From the NCBI RefSeq assembly GCF_000008385.1, contig NC_006833.1:540001-572000 (forward strand): a DNA stretch of 32,000 bases, written 5' to 3'. Both the position numbers and the translations under genes were made by a program. Below are positions 27,441 through 32,000 of this stretch, in pieces (position 1 is the stretch's first letter; each line of letters starts with the position of its first letter). The DNA comes from Wolbachia endosymbiont strain TRS of Brugia malayi. Lineage in GTDB: Bacteria > Pseudomonadota > Alphaproteobacteria > Rickettsiales > Anaplasmataceae. The notes under the pieces were generated by a model. The model ran no database searches and was not told the origin of the DNA. It saw nothing but the letters and a program-made list of their open reading frames with translations.

Positions 27441-27719
27441 ATGTCTTATAATATTGCTGGTGAAGTTGAAACGTTAAGTAAAAGATCTAATAAAGATGAA
27501 GGGGTTACATTACTAAATAACCCAGCTTATCGTGAAAAGTATAGGGAACGTTTTGATGAAGCCCAGAAAAAAGTTATGGATATGGTTCAGTTTTATGATG
27601 GGACTATAATATTAATAGAAAATAAAATTGCTATGTATTATTACGCTTGGCACAGTAAAAAAAGAGAGTTTGAGCGTAAAAAACAACAAGCAGTGATGAA
27701 AGACGATGGGTCAGTATAG
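27441..27719 (+). CDS. hypothetical small basic protein (92 aa)
   Basis: ATG preceded by AGAGGGAG at appropriate spacing. No motif recognised. Fills the gap between divergent and convergent neighbours. Confidence 0.45.
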   Translation: MSYNIAGEVETLSKRSNKDEGVTLLNNPAYREKYRERFDEAQKKVMDMVQFYDGTIILIENKIAMYYYAWHSKKREFERKKQQAVMKDDGSV

Positions 27720-27747
27720 AGTCTTTGTATGATAGGCTACAGTGGTA

Positions 27748-28452
27748 TCATTTCACTATAGCTTTTTCATATAGCCTGTCTATCACGTTAGTAAAGTATT
27801 CTTGCGCTTTGTACCCTTCGTGCCTAATTTTATTAGGCTCTGTGTGTGATCTATCGTTGTTAAGCTTGATAAAAAATATCGGAGTGGCCATAATGCCAAG
27901 CTTATTAATTGCTAGTGATTTATCATTTATAATTTTATCCATCACCTCCTTATCGTTAATACATCGGTTAAATGTGTCTTGCTTTAAGTTGCTTAGTGCC
28001 GCCACTTTCTGTAACACAGTTAAGTCACTTAAATTAGAGTAATTCCATGAGTCTATCGAATTAAAAACAGCTTTATTAAAATTAAAATAGTCTTCTTGCT
28101 TCTCATAACAATAACTTAGCATTGCAGCTTTTAGTCCTCTATAATCCAAAGGGAAATGACGGAATATATATAGCATCTTACCTGTATCTATATATTTCTT
28201 TTTAATTTCAGGAAAAACTTCTCTATGAAAAAGAGAACAATGATAACAAGTGAGCGAAGCATATTCTATCATTAGAATTGGTGCTTTGGAATCTCCTAAT
28301 AATTTATCATCAGGCAACGGTAATAGTAGTTCTTTTGATGTTATTTCATTAATTTTTTGAATATAATGGTTGTTGGATAAGTCCTGCTTAATAACTGCAT
28401 AAGAGTTAACACTTATAAAGACCAATAAAAATAATAATCTAAAAATCATCAT
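27748..28452 (-). CDS. dsbA: DsbA-family periplasmic thiol:disulfide oxidoreductase
   Basis: Signal peptide, a CYHC active site (ASLTCYHCSLF), and a thioredoxin fold with an inserted helical domain. 234 aa. Confidence 0.85.
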   Translation of the reverse strand: MMIFRLLFLLVFISVNSYAVIKQDLSNNHYIQKINEITSKELLLPLPDDKLLGDSKAPILMIEYASLTCYHCSLFHREVFPEIKKKYIDTGKMLYIFRHFPLDYRGLKAAMLSYCYEKQEDYFNFNKAVFNSIDSWNYSNLSDLTVLQKVAALSNLKQDTFNRCINDKEVMDKIINDKSLAINKLGIMATPIFFIKLNNDRSHTEPNKIRHEGYKAQEYFTNVIDRLYEKAIVK

Positions 28453-28501
28453 AATACAAACATTTAACTTACTAAATAATTACGTATTTATATCAATAAT
28501 G

Positions 28502-28963
28502 TCAAGATAACTTTTTCTTAGCAAGACTCTCAACTCTGTCTTTGAACGCAGCAATTATTTTACTTTGTGTATATTTATATATTGAATTTAATAAAATGGA
28601 AAACGAGCTGGATTTAAATTCAAACTCTATACAAAACTTCACCATAGTTTTCTTTTCATCTATAGAAATGAATCTCCATTCATTGTATAAATGTTTAAAT
28701 ATTCCATTTGATGATACTGCTTTTATCCAACCTTCATTAGTTCCACTCGGAGAAAGAAAGGTTACCTCCGAAGTATATCTTCCCTTAATTCCATGAAAAG
28801 CTGCTAAGAGATCCACAACCATCTGGTTATCAATTTTCTCCTTTAAGTAAACAGCTTTGCACCAAGGAACAAAATCAGAATACTTCTCAACATCAATTAC
28901 AACCTGGAATACCTCATTAGGTAAACAGAGGAAAATACCTTGTTCTTTGTACTGGTGAAGCAT
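28502..28963 (-). CDS. SRPBCC/START-fold protein (COQ10 / RatA-like, polyketide cyclase-dehydrase family)
   Basis: VIDVEKYSDFVPWCKAVYL is typical of the family. I prefer the ATG at 28963 (about 153 aa). The 38 upstream codons of the track ORF look non-coding. Confidence 0.75.
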   Translation of the reverse strand: MLHQYKEQGIFLCLPNEVFQVVIDVEKYSDFVPWCKAVYLKEKIDNQMVVDLLAAFHGIKGRYTSEVTFLSPSGTNEGWIKAVSSNGIFKHLYNEWRFISIDEKKTMVKFCIEFEFKSSSFSILLNSIYKYTQSKIIAAFKDRVESLAKKKLS

Positions 28964-29264
28964 AAGTTTAAACCAACTGGAACGGAATCCGTATCTACCG
29001 TTAGCCTTAGTAGATTCCTGAGACCTAAAGTTAAGGTGGGCATTACGTATCAATTTCAATGGAATTGATAGAGGCAATTCCCTTGACTAGAAATTATCGC
29101 TCGGGAAATTTAACTTAACTCATAACGTATAGAACAGACCCCTATCATTATAGCCGATTTACGTAAGGCGTGTCTATGTTTATATTGGAGTCAGTGATAA
29201 ATAGCTATTATTTAGCTTTTGTTAAATTTCGCACTTTAAGTATCATAGTTAATAAACATATCTC

Positions 29265-29855
29265 ATGAATGTTATTAAACTTTTAATTATTATTGTTTTC
29301 ATTGTAATTTCTTCAAGAGCCTATACCAACTGCGCAGATCATAAAATTTTTGTGCATGCTATGAAGCAACAAGTAGGTAACATATCTACAAAGGAGAATA
29401 AAAAAGACCGGGAACATGTATATAAAAAGCTTCAGGAAATCATTCAAAATAATATTGACCTCAAAAAAATATCTCGATTTGTTATGGGAAAACATTGGAC
29501 TTTGACTACTCAGGAAGAAAGAGAAGATTTCTTAAGAGAATATGAGATATATTTTACACGTCTGTGTATCGAAATTTTATATAAATATATGAATAATAGT
29601 GAAATGACTATAATGAGCTCAAGAGCAGTTGACAATGCAACTTGTTTGATTAGTACAAGATTTTTTTACAGCGATGAAGAATTCACAAATATTGATTTTA
29701 AAGTTACTAAAAATGTCAGTTCTTTCTTGATAAGTGATGTTGTAATGAATGGTATAAGCATTTCTATTAATCAACGTTCTCAATTCAGCGAAAAAATTGA
29801 TGCATATAGCATAGCACGTGTCATAGATGAATTAAAATATAACAACAATCTATGA
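29265..29855 (+). CDS. mlaC: MlaC/Ttg2D-family phospholipid-binding periplasmic protein
   Basis: Signal peptide, then IDLKKISRFVMGKHWTLTTQEEREDFLREYEIYFTRLCIEILYKY. This matches the family pattern (..fvlG..W..l...qr.eF...f...l...Y). Confidence 0.65.
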   Translation: MNVIKLLIIIVFIVISSRAYTNCADHKIFVHAMKQQVGNISTKENKKDREHVYKKLQEIIQNNIDLKKISRFVMGKHWTLTTQEEREDFLREYEIYFTRLCIEILYKYMNNSEMTIMSSRAVDNATCLISTRFFYSDEEFTNIDFKVTKNVSSFLISDVVMNGISISINQRSQFSEKIDAYSIARVIDELKYNNNL

Positions 29856-29872
29856 TATACATACCTAATTAG

Positions 29873-31102
29873 GCTAAGCCACTTGGTAGAAGACCAAAAG
29901 ATTTTTTTCTTGATCGTATAAAAGGTTTTCTTAACAAACTAGACAATCTTGAAAAAAAATACCGCCTATAATCCATATAGCTGGAGCTAATGGAAAAGGT
30001 TCAACATTATCATTTGTAAGATACACAATGCAGGCAGTAGGGTATGAGGTTCACATATACACTTCTCCACATTCAGTGAACTCTAATAAAAGAATAGTTG
30101 TTGTAGGTGGTTATATCGAAGATAATAAATTATATAATTTACTATAGAAGAATGCCACACTGCAACTGTTGTAGCTTTTTTAGCCTTTTCCCTTTATAAA
30201 GCTGATATCACCTTAATTGAAGTAGGTATGGGCGGAAGGCTTGACACAATAAATGTGACAGATAATCCAGTTTTAACAACTATTACTTCCATCGCACTTG
30301 ATCATACAGAACACTTTGGCCCCACTGTAGAAACTACAGCGGTGAAAAGATCAAAATATGAAGCATAATGTTCCTTACGAATAGCACTACAAGAAAACTC
30401 TATAATAAATACACTAGAACACTACGCAATAAGTAATAAATCTCCTTTATACAGAGAAGGCATTGAGTGGAGTTGCAAAAAAAAAGAATAACAAAATGGT
30501 TTCTCAATCAGCTATTCAATCAATAGAATTTTTCCTACCCTTTTTAAAGGGCAATCATCAAATAATTAACTCAGGAAATGCCATTACGTCATGCAGCATT
30601 TTGAGTAGAAAGTATGGGTTTGATATTGGAGAAGATGATATCACCTCAGGTTTACAGCATACTATTGGCCTGCACAACTAGAGCTCATACAAGAGGGTAA
30701 TTTAATTTCTTCATTACCGAAAGATTGGTAATTATTTTTAGATAGTGCACACAATAATAACGATGCCAAAGTATTAGCTAAGTGAGTAAAAGATAATTTT
30801 GCCGAAGGCATTTATATAATTTTTGATGTCACTCGTAATAGAAATGTGGAAAAATTTTTAGATACTTAAAATTGTATATCAAGCTACTATATGCGGGTTG
30901 TGTTAAATCTGAGCCAAAAGCAACAAATACAAATTTAATCAGGGAAGAAGCCAACAATATAAGAATAAATGTTATTGAATGTAAATCAATCGGCGATACT
31001 ATACTAAATCACATGCCAAAAGCTCCTATCCAAAACGTTAAAATTATACTGATTTGTGGTTCATTATTTCTGACCGGAGATTTTGCCATGGGGAATGACT
31101 AA
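29873..31102 (+). pseudogene. folC: dihydrofolate synthase / folylpolyglutamate synthase, heavily disrupted
   Basis: All family motifs are present but spread over three frames with in-frame stops. They are HIAGANGKGST (about 29972), EVGMGGRLDTINV (about 30221), ITSIALDHTEH (about 30283), KGNHQIINSGNA (about 30548), DSAHNNNDA (about 30741) and LICGSLFLTGD (about 31051). No start codon is left. There is a frameshift at the A8 run near 29952 and there are stops, for example YNLL* near 30145. Confidence 0.85.
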
Positions 31103-31164
31103 GTTTTTTAAAATTTATGTCAACTAGCGCTATATTTTTCTCTGAAGGAAGCTATATTGTAATT

Positions 31165-32000
31165 ATGAACAACATAATCGTAAAAAAATTCGGTGGAACT
31201 TCATTAACCGATTTAACCAGAGTTGCAAATTTAATAAAAAAAGATGTTGATAAAGGTTATAGAATAATTGTTGTTGTTTCCGCCATTGCAGGACTTACCG
31301 ACCAAATGGTTTTTCAGGCTAGACAAACCTTAAACTTAAGCCACAAACAAGCACTATCAGAATATGATGTTATGCTTTCAGCGGGAGAGCAAATTTCTTG
31401 TGGCCTATTAGCAATTACCCTCCTATCTATCGGAGTAAATGCCAAATCGTGGCTTGCTTGGCAGTTACCAATTATAACTGATAATTCTTATTCCGAGTCT
31501 AAAATAAAAACAATAAAGATTGATCATTTGAAAAGATCTTTTGCTGAAGGTTACACTGTGGCGATCATTGCCGGTTTTCAGGGCATATATGATGATAGAA
31601 TCACTACTTTTGGAAGAGGAGGCTCTGATATATCAGCAGTTGCCCTTGCAGTAGCTTTTGGTGTCAGAGTTTGTGAGATTTTTACTGATATCGATGGAAT
31701 ATATACGGCTGATCCGAAAATTGTCCCAAAAGCACGCAAACTAAAATCCATCTCTTACGATGAAATGTTGGAGATGTCATCATCAGGTGCTAAAATATTG
31801 CATAACCGTTCAGTACAGCTCGCAATGAAACATAACATTAAAGTACAAGTGCTATCCACTTTTAAAGAGGTAGAAGGCACTGCAGTATTACACGAAAATG
31901 ATGTACTAGAGAGACACACAATTACTGGAATAACTTATAGCACTAATGAAGCTCTTATAACTTTTACCAATTTTGCAAATACCTTGCGCACTCTAAAAGA
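31165..32000 (+). CDS. lysC: aspartate kinase, N-terminal about 278 codons (runs off window end)
   Basis: My own translation from the ATG at 31165 gives MNNIIVKKFGGTSL...VVVSAIAGLTDQMV...GRGGSDISAVALA...IFTDIDGIYTADPKIVP...ISYDEMLEMSSSGAKILHNRSV. These are classic aspartokinase motifs. The frame is open to the window end and is not in the ORF track because there is no stop. Confidence 0.9.
   Translation, partial: MNNIIVKKFGGTSLTDLTRVANLIKKDVDKGYRIIVVVSAIAGLTDQMVFQARQTLNLSHKQALSEYDVMLSAGEQISCGLLAITLLSIGVNAKSWLAWQLPIITDNSYSESKIKTIKIDHLKRSFAEGYTVAIIAGFQGIYDDRITTFGRGGSDISAVALAVAFGVRVCEIFTDIDGIYTADPKIVPKARKLKSISYDEMLEMSSSGAKILHNRSVQLAMKHNIKVQVLSTFKEVEGTAVLHENDVLERHTITGITYSTNEALITFTNFANTLRTLK

Noticed and set aside
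28964-29077. 38-codon N-terminal extension of the COQ10/RatA-like ORF, and the idea that this spacer hides a tmRNA piece (ratA neighbours smpB-ssrA in E. coli)
   Set aside because: The family is about 150 aa and the internal ATG at 28963 gives that length. I could not find a T-arm or acceptor, or a tag-reading-frame signature, in 28964-29264 on either strand.
1-32000. Search for CRISPR arrays, IS elements or transposases, prophage genes, restriction-modification or other defence systems, cif or ankyrin genes, and tandem repeats
   Set aside because: I saw none on either strand. The only repeated sequence family is the short palindromic element. I therefore do not claim a novel multi-gene system in this window.

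Overview
AT-rich, gene-dense chromosome segment that I assign to Wolbachia (Anaplasmataceae). The main evidence is an intact Wolbachia surface protein gene (wsp, 22071-22793) set among Rickettsiales-type housekeeping genes. About 30 intact genes are supported: hisS, an Nfu/NifU-like gene, a glutaredoxin, ribF-lspA, an M16 peptidase pair, purN, mnhE, plsY, a sodium:alanine symporter, pssA-psd, recA, truA, dnaN, rpoH, wsp, ybaB-dnaX, a GST, an O-methyltransferase, dsbA, a COQ10/RatA-like gene, mlaC and lysC. An SRP RNA (ffs), invisible to the ORF track, lies just upstream of dnaX. The window shows clear reductive decay. There is a folC pseudogene, a decayed tandem paralogue of the alanine symporter, a J-domain gene with a nonsense codon, and three ORF-poor tracts of about 0.8-2 kb. 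I saw no CRISPR array, IS or transposase, prophage, ankyrin or cif-like gene, recognisable defence system or toxin-antitoxin pair, and I do not claim a novel multi-gene system. The most interesting signal is a family of hairpin-bearing palindromic elements. Two copies share an identical 163-bp, 30+103+30 architecture, one copy is collapsed to 75 bp, and one sits in frame inside the riboflavin-kinase domain of ribF with a compensatory stem substitution. The ORF track translates GTG and TTG starts as M, so several starts were re-judged by eye. All calls rest on reading the sequence and on recalled family motifs; no searches were run.
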